A stretch of DNA of 64,000 nucleotides from Phoronis australis (lineage: Eukaryota; Animalia; Phoronida): positions 1 through 64,000 of the forward strand of contig NMRA01001032.1 of assembly GCA_002633005.1 (NCBI GenBank), in the 5' to 3' direction. The notes beneath the pieces are model-generated. The model was not told the DNA's origin, did no database searches, and was given only the letters and a program-made list of their open reading frames with translations. Numbering within the stretch: the first letter of the stretch is position 1; each line of letters begins with the position of its first letter. A program made the position numbers and the translations under genes. Below are positions 51,901 through 64,000 of the stretch, in pieces.

Positions 51901-54900
51901 CTTTCATATCAGTCCAAATATTACTCAGCTTCAAACGTCACGTAAAATAATTTTGCACCTTTACACAATTAAAATTAAACTATAGCAAGGAAAGAGGACA
52001 CTGCGTTGGTTCGATAATCAGGAGACTGTTTCGTTCAGCTTGATGTCTGATCACGAATGAGCCGCCCCTATGGGGAAGCAATCCTTGACGACTGGAATAG
52101 ACTTTGCAAGAGACTTGCTGCAAGAGAAAAATGCAAAAGCGCCGCCGTAGAACGGTCCTGGAAGGCATCGGTGGGGGGGGAGGTTGTTGAACAGCGATTT
52201 TTCGCTTGCTGGTCCAAGCCCTAAGGCACCACATTGTGCGTGGCTATAAAACCTTGATCATCGAACAAACGAGTTGTTTCTAAGAAAACAAATAGAAGAA
52301 CAACATTGCAACACAGAGATATCTGTGCTTAGAATGGCTCTGGTACACGACAGGNAGCTTGATGTCTGATCACGAATGAGCCGCCCCTATGGGGAAGCAA
52401 TCCTTGACGACTGGAATAGACTTTGCAAGAGACTTGCTGCAAGAGAAAAATGCAAAAGCGCCGCCGTAGAACGGTCCTGGAAGGCATCGGTGGGGGGGGA
52501 GGTTGTTGAACAGCGATTTTTCGCTTGCTGGTCCAAGCCCTAAGGCACCACATTGTGCGTGGCTATAAAACCTTGATCATCGAACAAACGAGTTGTTTCT
52601 AAGAAAACAAATAGAAGAACAACATTGCAACACAGAGATATCTGTGCTTAGAATGGCTCTGGTACACGACAAGTCCTGAGAGTGCGCCAAAACCGAACTA
52701 CTTTTATTTGCCGTGTCGCCTACTCAAGAATGCCCAGATCAGGGACAGAGAGTGGAACAGTGTCAAAGACAATGGAACATTTGAGTTTTTTATCTTCGGT
52801 TCCGGTGATGAATATATAGACTTAGCAAGCATAGAGCTTTACGCCAGAGCGAAAATAATTAAGGCAGGCGGATGCTGCCAGCTGTGGCCCTACCAACTTG
52901 TGGCTATATTGGATGTTCAGTCAAGTCGAAATCTTGAACAAAAAGCTGAATTTTACTTTAACCAACACTTATTGCTATAGAGCCTATTTGGAAGCACCGT
53001 TGTCTTACCGAAACGAGACCTAGAGCGAGCTTCGACTGCAGCACTCTGATACAGGTATACTAGTGGGAAAATTGACACGATGAGCGGACATTACTTAGGA
53101 GTTACCACGCGCAAAACTCTTACAAAAAGCGCCGTCATTGACATGAAGAACAGACTACACATTGCCATATTCATGCAAGACTGGTATCTACTCAACAACG
53201 TTGTCGCAAAGATTGGATTGGTGCGTAGTAAGAACACATTTGCTGCCATGTTTCCGACTGCAGATGCAAGTTTCTAAATGAAGATCGAAGACGCCAAGAT
53301 ATTGGTCAGGGAAACGAAACTCAGCCAAATTGTACAGCTGGCGCACATAAAGGTCCTAGAAAAAAGATTTGCGAAGTACCCTCTTCGACGCATCGAGTGC
53401 AAAGTGTTTTCCATACCGGCGTAATAGCTGTCCATTACCAGGGAGAATTTATTTTTAGGCCAAATATCCAAACAGGATATCGTGTGCCTTTGCAATACCA
53501 TCGCTTACAACGGGTCGTATTCAAAGAACCCCTTGAACTTCAAACTTTACTACATCACAAATTTCTCGCTTTACGTCAACGGAGTGCAGGGGCCTTTTGA
53601 ACCCATAGAGTCGAAATTTGACAAATCTACGTTCGTCAGAGCTTTCACGACTTAATTTTCGATAACTGGGCAGAATTACGAGGACGAAGGCAACGCCATC
53701 GAACGCCTGGAAACTTAAATACGCCTTGAAGTTCCTTGCGCATCGACACTGCCTGCTACAGTCGACGCCATTTTTACGCTGTGTTTGAGAACAGTGTGGA
53801 AATCTACAGATCTAGGAACGTCTTGCTTGATTTTTCACCATGAGGACTGCTGAGATACGTGAAATTCTAGCAAACGACGACTTCCTGGTCCAATCTTTGG
53901 TGTTTGCGACGAACAGTGTAATCTGGGTGTTGTTTCACAGTCGGCTGCTCCTTGGGACGCAACATTGCCAACAGAGGTCAGAATGAGCGCACCCAGCTAT
54001 GAAACATCATTTGAAAGACTTTATCAAGAAAAAAGTCGATTTTCGTCGACAGTTTGTGGAGAGTGCTGAATATTATGCCACTCGAGGGGATAGCAGATGA
54101 ACTTCATTACTAACATGTTTGATAAAGATACTGAGACCAATGATAAGCTGGTAATAGTTTTGATAATTTTCTACAAAAACAGCATACATGTACATGTATT
54201 CAGTGTCTAAGCGCTCATTGTACATATATTCAATGTAGTAGCGCTGATTGTAAGATTTAATGATTGAAAAGCGTTAAATATGTGAATGCTTGCTTAGAGT
54301 AGAAGATACGTAAGTAACAAATATTTGGAGCATCGGTGTAATTGTTATCACGGCTCACAAGAGGCTCGCTTTGCACGCAAACAGGCACCTCTAGTTTTAC
54401 AGGTTTATTATTTTCTCTTCCACATGTTGTAACGCTCCTTTACTTTCGCATTCGCAATAAGTACAGACCTGTTAGCAAAGACTTAACATGGGTCAGACAA
54501 ATCCATTCAGCAGAACAACGTTCTCTGCGACTATGCATAAACCAGAGGCTTGAGTTAAAGAGGCACCAAACATGAAAGCTCGTCAAAAATATCTTTTAAA
54601 CAAATCCTGATGAAAGTACCATCTCGAAACGTCTAATACAGAGTAATTAACTTTTCCATGTGAGAAAACTTCCAGAAAAATCACAAACTTCACGATTTTT
54701 GAAATACGTGTGACAGAAAAGTCTGTGCTTTCCACCGAGTTTCTTATCTCCCACCCATTTATGAAAAATGCACGCATGCGCTCACAGTCAGTTGCTTGAA
54801 GTTGCTTGAGGCCCAAGGTCACATTTTCCATATAAGGAAAATTTGCTACGTATATGTCTTGTACCAAATAAATAGACTCGCTTTGCCCTGTGGAAGAAAA

Positions 54901-57900
54901 ATCGACATAGTGGCGACCAGTTGATAGATCGTTTTTTTTTGTAATTTCAAACTATAAGAAAATGCTTTGCTATTAACAAAAATTAAAAATCTATACGAAA
55001 AAAACTTAAAAATACATGATGAGCTGGTTAAATTTTTTTCAGTGACAGGGAGCCACTTTCCATACTATAGTTTAGTTTGTTTGTCACGTCCCAGGCCCAT
55101 TTAAATAGCGAACCGATAAAGAGATGGCTCACCGTTACAATCGGACGTGTGTGTATAATGAAAAATGAACTCACCACAACTGTGTCGGTTAACTCCTCAC
55201 AAACCTAAAGACGCTGATTAAATGTGCAACATACAAAATAGAAAAATAAATAAAAAGGGTCTCGCATCGTAATACGTACAACACCAATGTCATTAAAAAA
55301 CTTACCAGTTGACAAATGTTAATATTTGCTTCGGAAATAAGATAATTATATAAAACGTTTTTACATCATAGGACTTATAATATAATTATATACTTTACTG
55401 ACGCGCTCAAACGGCCATGGGCTCAAAGCGCGGTGATACATATAAACATGCGGAGAGTACACAGCAACGACCTATAAATACGCAACAATAACAAAACTTA
55501 CTTAAGAGTATTCTTCTATTGTGGAACTTGTTTTACTGAAAAACAAACTCACCACCTTTAACCTTTAATCTATGACCTTTGACCAAGGGACCTCTGAAAA
55601 CGTTCGTAGTAGTAAACGTCATTGTGACAGACTCACAAAGCATGTTGCGCAAAATACAGCAGGGCCTTCTAAAGCCCACATGGATACACCTCATTCGGCA
55701 GAGCCACCTGGAATCCCTTGTCTGAATTTTTTCACCGGATCATGCAGGAGTTGTCGGTAACGAAAGGGCTGACAAACTTGCGGGAATGGGCAATATGGGT
55801 GGACCCTTGAAGATGGGTGAGGCAGAGGTGCTTGCTGCCCTGGATGAGAAGCGGGAGGTGGAAACTGGGGAATTAGTCTAAAGATTGCGACAGTTCGGTG
55901 TAGACAAGGGAACCGCAGCAAAGTCTACAATTAGAGGAATGTGGCGGAAAATCCAGAATCAGCACCTTACTGGAACAATTAGTCAAGGTGTTCTGCGTGA
56001 GCTTCTGAGGTGGAGGACTGAGCATATATGGGTGTGCTCAACATGTTATGACGTCGACTCTGCACCCAGATAACCAGATAAACGTCAATGCAAAACACAC
56101 GTTTGGAAAGAACAAGTGGGAGAAATTTGATGTTTAATTCTCAGTGGCTCCCAAAGGTAGATGTAGGGCGAACGCTGACAAAGAGCTACGCACATCGAAT
56201 GAAAATTATCACAGCTCATAATTCACGTTTGTGGCAAAAGGAACTGTAAGGATTTTGTCTCGTGAGGCGATGAAACGAATTTCTCACTTGGCAACTTTCT
56301 TTTACCTTCTGTTTTCATCGTCAAGATTTTACCAATTCTGCAATTGGTCAATTTGCTCACAAATAGTACCATCTGTCGTCTTGGTGGCTCATTAGTGAAC
56401 AATTTTATGGATAGCGTAGTGACAGTAAGTTGTTCATGTTCACGGCGTTGGCGTATTTATAGCAACTTTCTTTGTGACGCATGATCACGTGTAATAAACT
56501 GCTACAGATATTTGTAGAACTAGCTTATGCTCATTGACATCCTGTTATGATTTCACTCTCATTAGGCTTTCCCTTGCTCTATTTACTCAGCTCAGTTGGA
56601 AGCCTGTTGTTATTGTCCATGTTACAGGTCCAATGGAATCCGGAATGGAGAAGTGGTATACCAACAACTACAGGTTTGTCAGCCCTCACGATCCAATATA
56701 TCTGACCAAACTGACGATGAAAACTATGGAAACGAAGTTTGGAGTAAATGGGAACTACACAACTAACGCCAATCATGATGGCCGCATGATCTATATTCCC
56801 CGATTCCGTGGACGAGGGGGCACTTCTCGCGTGTATGGAGCTATAGCAAGACGCGCGAGCCCGGCTGTTCTCGACCTGTGGCCTGAAGGTAAATCTCAAT
56901 GGAATGTCAAATAAAACTGGCACAATCAACAAACGCAAGGTTATTGGGTATGACCTCAGGAAAATATCCTAATGTGGCTAATTTCAGATGCTGTTTTTTA
57001 ATGTGTTACTCTCTGTTAGGAATTGTTTTGAAAAGTTTCAGTTTTACATAAGGGGCCACAAAACACGACGTATACTATTTATATGAAAATTATCGAAACT
57101 TGCCACAAACGAAAACAAAATCATGCTTTAGGAAACTCTCTCCGGGTTTTTGAGAATTCATCTTGCATATTTATATTAAAAGACATTTGGTCACTTTATT
57201 GGTATCATTTTGTGCTGTCTATGTACCTATGTTTCCTGAAAATTTTCAGAAAAAACATAACAACATCTAACCCAGTCAACTGCAGACTAGCATTTAAAGA
57301 AAGTTAATATTCATTTGTGTAGGTTTTTTGCTTTCTGAAAAAATATTTTACTGAATCGAAATCTGTAGTAGTTCTACAAATATTTGTCTAAATACACTGA
57401 CTTGTCGATTAGGTCCCACATAACCGAAACTAAAAATATACGTCCTTTTCGTATTTGGCACTGGCTAGTTAACGTAGAAAGCTTTCTTTATGACAGGATG
57501 GCGACATGAAGACATGACGTATTACTACAAGAAGTCTGAGGACCATTACTGCTACTACGATCCACCAGAAGTCACCGGAATTTCGCCAACCGATTGCAAG
57601 AAATGGCACGGAAAAGACGGGCCGATGCAACTCAATTCCCAGTTAAAGGTAAGGTGCCGTGAATGCGAGACCCCCTTGCCCTAAAATAATGGCGGTTTTG
57701 ATTCACCAGACTCGATTTGTGAGACCCATGGGTTTGACAATAAACCCAACTGGCTTCTCTTTCCCCATTTTTACTATGGGGTCGTGGGTTTAAAGGTGGG
57801 GTCGAGCGGGCTTAAGAACAATCCTCTGTACTTTCATCCACAGGAAGCCTTCATACTGTTCCCCAGAGAGATGAAATATCTTTGTGAAGACAAGACGAAG

Positions 57901-60900
57901 CCTTGGAATGGTTATAAGGCTAATTACAACGGTCCAGTGGAGGACAGGTACAATTTCTTTAAACACAAATTACGAAGCTTGTGGGTGATTGCCGTTGTAC
58001 TTACAAACAAGGAAGTCCGAGATACAACACACGCGCGCGGAGACTGGTTTCACCCTCTACATTTACGCCTCGCCAGCTGTTACTGGTGCCATTATTCCGA
58101 TGCTTTCTTTGAAAAATATTTAAACTAAACCTCCATAGCTGCCTACGGATGTAGAAAAATTTCGCTTGTTGAGAATTTTCTTCCGCTATTTCTCTTTTTA
58201 TGGCATGCACCTCCATTTTGCAAAAATTGGGCGCCGAACTAAACATGTTTGAACGCATTTTACTAGCATGTACAGCTAGCTGATAACGAATTAGTGATAC
58301 GGTTTTAAATGACCACAATTGATTAATTCAATGTAATATCTTTTAAAAGTCATTTTCAAATTTGCTTTTGTGTGGCAAATACGGCTGGCTATTTAGGCAG
58401 GTTTTCACCGGAGCCATTTTCGGCCAAATGTGGCACTCTGTAGCAGCCATATTGCACCTTTTCAAATAGTAACCTTATAATAATTTGCTTATTCATTCCC
58501 AACCTCTTCATAATCTAAAATAAAAAAAATCTTGCCTCTCCCGTAGTTTTTGCTTACGAAGCATTACACGAACTGCATTTCGCCCTATTTGCCTTTTCTC
58601 AGTTGCTTCAACAACCAACGTGTAAATAGTTTGCAAAAAAGCTTGTATTTTAGATAAAAAGCAGACAGCACAACTAATAACCATTCTTTCAAAGCCACAC
58701 TGATGATTATTGCTTATTACAAACATTATGTAAATAAATTGTGAATGGCATGCGTGCTTCGTCTAAAATAAGTGATAGATGGCGTCGCTGATTATTTTCA
58801 TGCATACTGTGAACTCCTCTACCAGCCAAATTTTCGTTATTCGGTTTTGTTGTGTTCGGTGTGAGAACCGTTGGCATAGGAAGGGAGGCACCAAAGGTGA
58901 TTTTGGTCCTCTCTTCAGTCGCAGGCACATTTAATCCGCGCTCGACGATATACTATAGTAAAGAGAAAGGTATACGGCTGCTATCGAATATGGTCGCCGC
59001 CAAGCACTTCCGGAGTGTCAAAGCGTTTCAAATCTAGCAGTAATTGAAGTTAAATTTTATCTGCGACAACAACACGTTTACTACTTACATTTGGTGACAA
59101 CTAAATCAATAAATACCATAAAAACCTCCAGAGTTTCCTAATTCAATCGGCAACATTCACGGAAAAACATAGTGCCCGTGATGATTCATTGGCGACAACT
59201 ATTGCCCACGCTTATAAGGCCGCTCACAATATCACCAGAACGCTTACATCAACTAAAAAACAGCAGCATTATCCTTATACTACTGTAGGGGCACACTTTT
59301 TGAGAAACAAATAATGCAGTAAACAACTGCAACAAACATTATTTGAATATGCTTTGACTCTGAGGTTACTGACATCGTCTCAGAAAAAAATTGCAAAATG
59401 TCCCTGTTTATTTCCCATCCCCGGGGTTCCAGTTTTAAAAGTCGGGGTTCGTGTTTTAGGGCTCGTTTGAAGGTCCGGATGCCTGTTTCCGACTCCGGGA
59501 TGTCTGTTTTACATCGGAATTCCATTTTCGATGAAACACCCTGTGTGAAGCCACTTGAACTTTTCCCTACAAACTCACAATGGGATCTGGTAAATGCTGG
59601 AAGATAATTAGGCCTCCCATATGAAAAACGTTTTTGAGCAATATCTAATCGGTGTACTGGCGTCATAGGTATCGGCTCTCAACACCTGGTGTAGAATGGA
59701 CGTACAAATACAGATACGCGTTTGAATTAAAAATGGTTTCCAATTTGGAGTTTTTGTAGTCAGTGTCATGCTTAAAAAGTGTTCGAAAAAATATTTTTCA
59801 GAACAAGCTGCAGTATCTTCCAGCAGTATAAGCTCCGCATCGATAAAGACAGCAATCCGACGAAGGAAGCTCGTGCCAATCGTGCCTCTGAAACGGCACG
59901 CGGAAGTAGTTTCACTGGGTACTACAAATACAACGTCAACAAACCGTATCTCGCTGTATCTGCACCTGTAACAGGTACAGTGACTCTGCGTTTCGTTCCC
60001 GGCAGTGCGTTCCCTACAGTTCGTACCAATGTCACGAGATGTTGCAGAAAACATACATTAAGATTGCGTTGATATTCCTTTTTAATGTGTAGGAGAGGCA
60101 ACAGATATGTATTGAGAGGATGAAGAGAGGAAAGGAGGGAAGGAGAGAGGGAGGTAGAGTTGTAAAATGAGAAAGTGACGTTGCAGGGATATTATTGGAC
60201 GCAGTAGGAAAACATAAGATTTCAAAGTAGAGCCTTTAGCCCACTTACTTCCACGTTCAACAAAACAAAACAAAATGGCCTCCGGGCTAAACGTGTACAG
60301 GGTCACGCGATAAGCAATCTCTTCTCTATATCTATGGGTAAAGTAACTCCGACACAAGAACCTTGAAAAAGTGGGATATCTCGCAAATCCTCGCGAGATT
60401 TCACCCTGCATTATAAGCGAACCACATGTTATCATTAGTTTCCTTTGCGAATGCAAGGAGCGTGGCCCAAATGACAAAGAAATTTGACGTCTCTGACGCC
60501 GTTTTCAAGGTAATTAAAGAAAATTCAGTATAACATGGGAAAACGTTGCTAAAACTTTGTCTCAAGAAGGGAGCTTAAAGACTCATGAAAGACAAAAGCT
60601 CTTCAAGAATATCTTTTAATCAATTCCTGATGAAAATACCATCTCGCAACGTCTAGTACTTGTACACAGTAACTCACTTTCCCTTGTGGAAATTTCCAGA
60701 AAAAATCACAAAATTCACGATTTTTGAAATACCCGCAGAAGAAAAACTGTTGTTGCCACAGAGTTTCTTATCTCCCTCCCACTTCTCGAAAATGCGTGCA
60801 TGCCCTCACATTCAGTTGCTTGAAGTCATAGGTCATATTTAACATATACGAGAAATAATGCAGTTCTTCACAGATTTTCATGAAATGTATCAGATAGGTT

Positions 60901-63900
60901 TCTATTAAAGAGAGGATGACACCCTCTTGTTACGGATAGTATTACGTGCCACCTAGTGGCTATTTTCATTATTTTCTAGTCTGTTTTGGCACCCGTCTAT
61001 TCGACAAAGCCCCTTAAAGCTCATGATAAACGTGTCAAATTTCTCCCTGTATTATTAAAAGACAACAACTGACAGACTACTCTGGAACCCCTTAATGGCT
61101 GTACTTTTTCATCCGAGGCTGCATCTTCTAATTACCTTTTGCAGGACCTTTGTTAAACTGGGCGGATTTATGTCAAGGAGCATGGCAACGAATGAAGACA
61201 ACTTTTGAACGGATCCAAAAGTGCCCCCTAGGGGTGATTTCACGTTCTATGTTGTCTTTGACGTTCCTTGACGGATTTTAAGAAACATACCAAATAGGTT
61301 TATAATAAAGAAACGGTAAAACTTTCTCATTTTCGGATGGATTCAATAGATTTTGTGCCATCCATAAGCCACTAAGTACGATTTCTAAGTCTGCGTTTTT
61401 GGCGTCTCTGCCTCTCTTTCGGCCCAATCACACTTGGGTTCAATATGGAAATTGACATGTGTGCTTCTTTTGGCAAGTGCATGGCTGACGAAAGCTGTGG
61501 TACCCTCTTGTGGTAAATCATTTTTTTTTTCAAATATGGTTCAATACAAGTTCCTTTAATGGATCATCATGAAGTGCGGGAAAAAGTTACTATCACGCAA
61601 ACAACAACGTTCATGTTTCTGACGGATTTGACCCAGGTTGCTCCACCTAGTGGCTTTCATATTTTTTGTCGTTTGTAGTCTGGCTATCTATCATCAAAAT
61701 TCCTAAAGAATTATAACGAAAAGTAGGAAGGTGTGTTTCTTCTACTGAGGGCAGCATTTTTGAATCGCTTTGCATCCCGTGCAGGATATTCTTAAGGTTG
61801 CTAGCGTTGCTCCAGTTAGTTTTAATAATAATCATCTCTTGTACCTGTGGTGTATTTATTGCACACCGTGGGTGCATAGCAACGACACTGCGTTACTCCT
61901 GTGGGACATGACTTGAATAACATGTTGATATTGTTGGCATTACTGATTGAGGCAGAAGAACTGTCACAGTAGGGCACTTTCAGGGTTACCCGACGCTGCG
62001 CCGTTTCCCATCCAGAAGTTGCTACAGTACTCATCATGTTCCTCGATTCGTTAGTCCGCCCTAATATAATGAGAAGACGCTTTTCATTTTTCAAGTTAAT
62101 CCAAACGGCTGCCAGCGGCCACATTTGAGTGAAATCGTAACACACGTTAAAAGGCACTAGACGGTTGGCATTGGATTTTGCCTGACTGTACCGACTGTAC
62201 TTCCTGCCATTCGTCCAGTCTGTGGAAAACTGTGCGGTCAGAATCAAAATATGAGTGTCATCTTAGATCAAAAGTACAACGCATGACTACATGAAGTTCA
62301 TTATGCCTCATCAGTTTTTACTTTTTGCTTTTAAGCAACTCCGTCTGAAGAAGCAGGTGGTAAAAAGCGCATATTAACTCTTTTCATCCCAAGACCATCA
62401 TGTTCCTACCAATGCTTGTCAAGAGACAACACTAGGTTTTGAAAGAAAGGGTACTAAATCCAAAAGGGTGGTTTAAAAGTGTCTCCTCAAACCAGTTCTT
62501 TACAACCACCAAACTAGACTCACTTAATAAACTTGTAACGCATATCGCGTAAGTACTGCCACCAGGAATAGACACCACAAGAATTCAATCCCTAGGTTAT
62601 GCAAATTAGCCATGGTAACAGCGTAATTGTAGGGTGCCATCCTATATCTTGGGAACTACCCAACAAATTTTCAGAAGATTGACATCCTGCATGTTGTTCG
62701 GAATACATGGCTAAACCATATACTGAGTCCGCTCTGGCTCGGATCTGGTTGAAATGCATCACAAAATTTGGTTGAAACAAATGTAGTGTTGATTTTGATT
62801 TGGTCGGCAATTCGTTGGTTAACTGACCTCAACATTCGTTCAGGCTGGTATTGGTTTGAAATTCGTCAATTGAGCTTCATTCATTATTATAAAAATCGCT
62901 TGTTAAAGACGGTACGATAACTCAAAAGCTATACTTCGTGGCAATGAGAGCAGCATACTGCAAAATTTAGGCTCTGGTATGATATAAACATATGTTCTCC
63001 TATTACAGCAAAACGTGTCCTATGTGATTTGCTAGCGCATATTAATCGTGAATAAAAATTTTATTATATTTATAGAGATTCTCTTCAACGAAGAGCGTAA
63101 AGCAATCGGAGTGTCCTTTCTTGATGGACATACTGGGCGAATTAAAAAGGCGTTCGTCCGTAAAGAAGTCATCATTGGCGCGGGGGTCTTTGATACACCA
63201 CATTTACTTCAGGTACACTTGATTTTTATATTTAATCTCATGCATTTAATGATGCACTGTTAAAGCCTTGTTTCTGTGCTGATAATGGTGGACTTCGGTG
63301 ACTCCATCGCCTGAGACGTCTGGCTGGACGTGTATACCCGTGTATCCTAGACTGCAGTCTACCAAGCGGGTGTGTATGTTGACGTAAACTCCTCGTACAG
63401 TACGTACCTCTTTAAAATGTTTTTATAGAAAACACTTCTTAACACCTGTCAATATTCACACGAGACCCGATTTTACACATGTACGTGTATGCTTCTATTT
63501 TGCTGCTATGGGTATGAACTGTTTGCAATCCAACAGAGAAGCTTAATACTCTGATCAGTACATTATTTACAAACTTAAGTCGATTTGCTGAATAAGCAGC
63601 AAATCAAGAAACCGTGTTCTAACCCATTTACCAGTCAATCAGCCAAGCCAATGTACAACCAACTGACGAAGCAACCAACAGAAACATAGAATAATAGAGT
63701 TTTCATCATGTAGTGATGTTTGCGAAATACGTTCGATTGAAACTTACTTGAGTTTTACTCCAGGTGAGTGGGGTCGGACCGAAGGAGCTTCTCAAAGATA
63801 TCGGCGTAGACCTTATTGCCGAGAACGTGCACGTGGGACAGCACTTATGGGACCAGACGTCGGTACCGTACATGCTCAGGCTGAAATCGGAGTCCAATGA

Positions 63901-64000
63901 CTTGTGCTGTGGCAATCCACCAAAAATTAACATTAGCGGTACCGAATACGAAACACAGAGTGTGTACAGCATCAACGGTCCTTTTACCTGGATCATGAAT
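48927..64000 (+). CDS. Gene 2: tandem paralog of gene 1, signal peptide + GMC oxidoreductase (exons 1-8 visible, truncated by window end)
   Basis: Exons 48927-48982, 50736-50854, 56628-56888, 57497-57648, 57844-57947, 59802-59974, 63076-63212, 63764->64000. Same lengths and phases as gene 1 (exon 3 is 9 nt longer). No stops seen. Confidence 0.88.
50736..50854 (+). CDS. Gene 2 exon 2
   Basis: CDFIVVGAGTSSLSLAGRLAEIPSWKVCVFERG. Confidence 0.9.
52653..53843 (+). pseudogene. Maverick/Polinton major capsid (double jelly-roll) pseudogene
   Basis: MALVHDKS*ECAKTEL, FEFFIFGSGDEYIDLASIELYARAKI, GPTNLWLYWMFSQVE, NTYCYRAYLE, AKYPLRRIECKVFSIP, ENLFLGQ, AYNGSYSKNPLNF, FENSVEIYRSRNVLLDF. Multiple frameshifts and stops. 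Confidence 0.8.
54565..54845 (+). repeat. Interspersed repeat, second copy at about 60585-60850
   Basis: Shared text aatatcttttaa..cctgatgaaa..ccatctcg..ttccagaaaaatcacaaa..tttcttatctccc. Confidence 0.7.
55620..56080 (+). mobile_element. 3' fragment of an RNase H-containing non-LTR retrotransposon
   Basis: LV*IFSPDHAGVVGNERADKLA RNase H motif and a short ccagataa tail repeat. Confidence 0.6.
56628..56888 (+). CDS. Gene 2 exon 3
   Basis: IPRFRGRGGTSRVYGAIARRASPAVLDLWPEG, identical to gene 1 over this stretch. Confidence 0.9.
57497..57648 (+). CDS. Gene 2 exon 4
   Basis: GWRHEDMTYYYKKSED...WHGKDGPM. Confidence 0.9.
57844..57947 (+). CDS. Gene 2 exon 5
   Basis: EAFILFPREMKYLCEDKTKPWNGYKANYNGPVEDR. 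Confidence 0.88.
59802..59974 (+). CDS. Gene 2 exon 6
   Basis: TSCSIFQQY...ARGSSFTGYY...VSAPVT. Confidence 0.88.
63076..63212 (+). CDS. Gene 2 exon 7
   Basis: RKEVIIGAGVFDTPHLLQ. Confidence 0.9.
63764..64000 (+). CDS. Gene 2 exon 8 (partial)
   Basis: VSGVGPKELLKDIGVDLIAENVHVGQHLWDQTSVPY...; runs off the window. Confidence 0.88.
   Translation, partial: MSGVGPKELLKDIGVDLIAENVHVGQHLWDQTSVPYMLRLKSESNDLCCGNPPKINISGTEYETQSVYSINGPFTWIMN

Larger units (their letters stand above)
51545..55600 (+). mobile_element. Decayed Maverick/Polinton (adintovirus-like) fragment in gene 2 intron 2
   Basis: Core-protein-like remnant (RGHCVGSIIRRLFR..GKQSLTTGIDFARDLL), major capsid remnant and protease remnant in order. 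Degenerate aaaggtcaaaggtca inverted ends near 51580-51605 and 55555-55585. Boundaries are approximate. Confidence 0.7.

Noticed and set aside
52037-52671. Perfect 316-bp tandem duplication (52037-52352 and 52356-52671), giving two identical ORFs
   Set aside because: The copies are identical and separated by a single n at 52355, typical of an unmerged contig overlap, so most likely an assembly artefact.

Overview
Intron-rich, AT-rich eukaryotic (probably invertebrate animal) DNA with an assembly gap at 40081-40837. The main content is a tandem pair of paralogous multi-exon genes on the + strand. Gene 1 (13 coding exons, 6678-30243, about 1076-1078 aa by hand-splicing, all intron phases compatible) encodes an unusual multidomain protein: signal peptide, complete GMC-family FAD oxidoreductase (catalytic His/Asn), one clear and one degenerate SRPBCC/Bet v1-like domain, a PNKP-type HAD 3'-phosphatase with intact motifs, and a C-terminal HTEL ER-retention signal. 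Gene 2 (from 48927, running off the window end) has the same exon structure for exons 1-8. The rest is mostly transposons: a full-length but decayed Copia element with TSD, several non-LTR fragments (including a Hero-like element), an Academ-like DNA transposon, a decayed Maverick/Polinton capsid-protease module, MITEs and microsatellites. Domain assignments come from motif recognition by eye, not from database searches.
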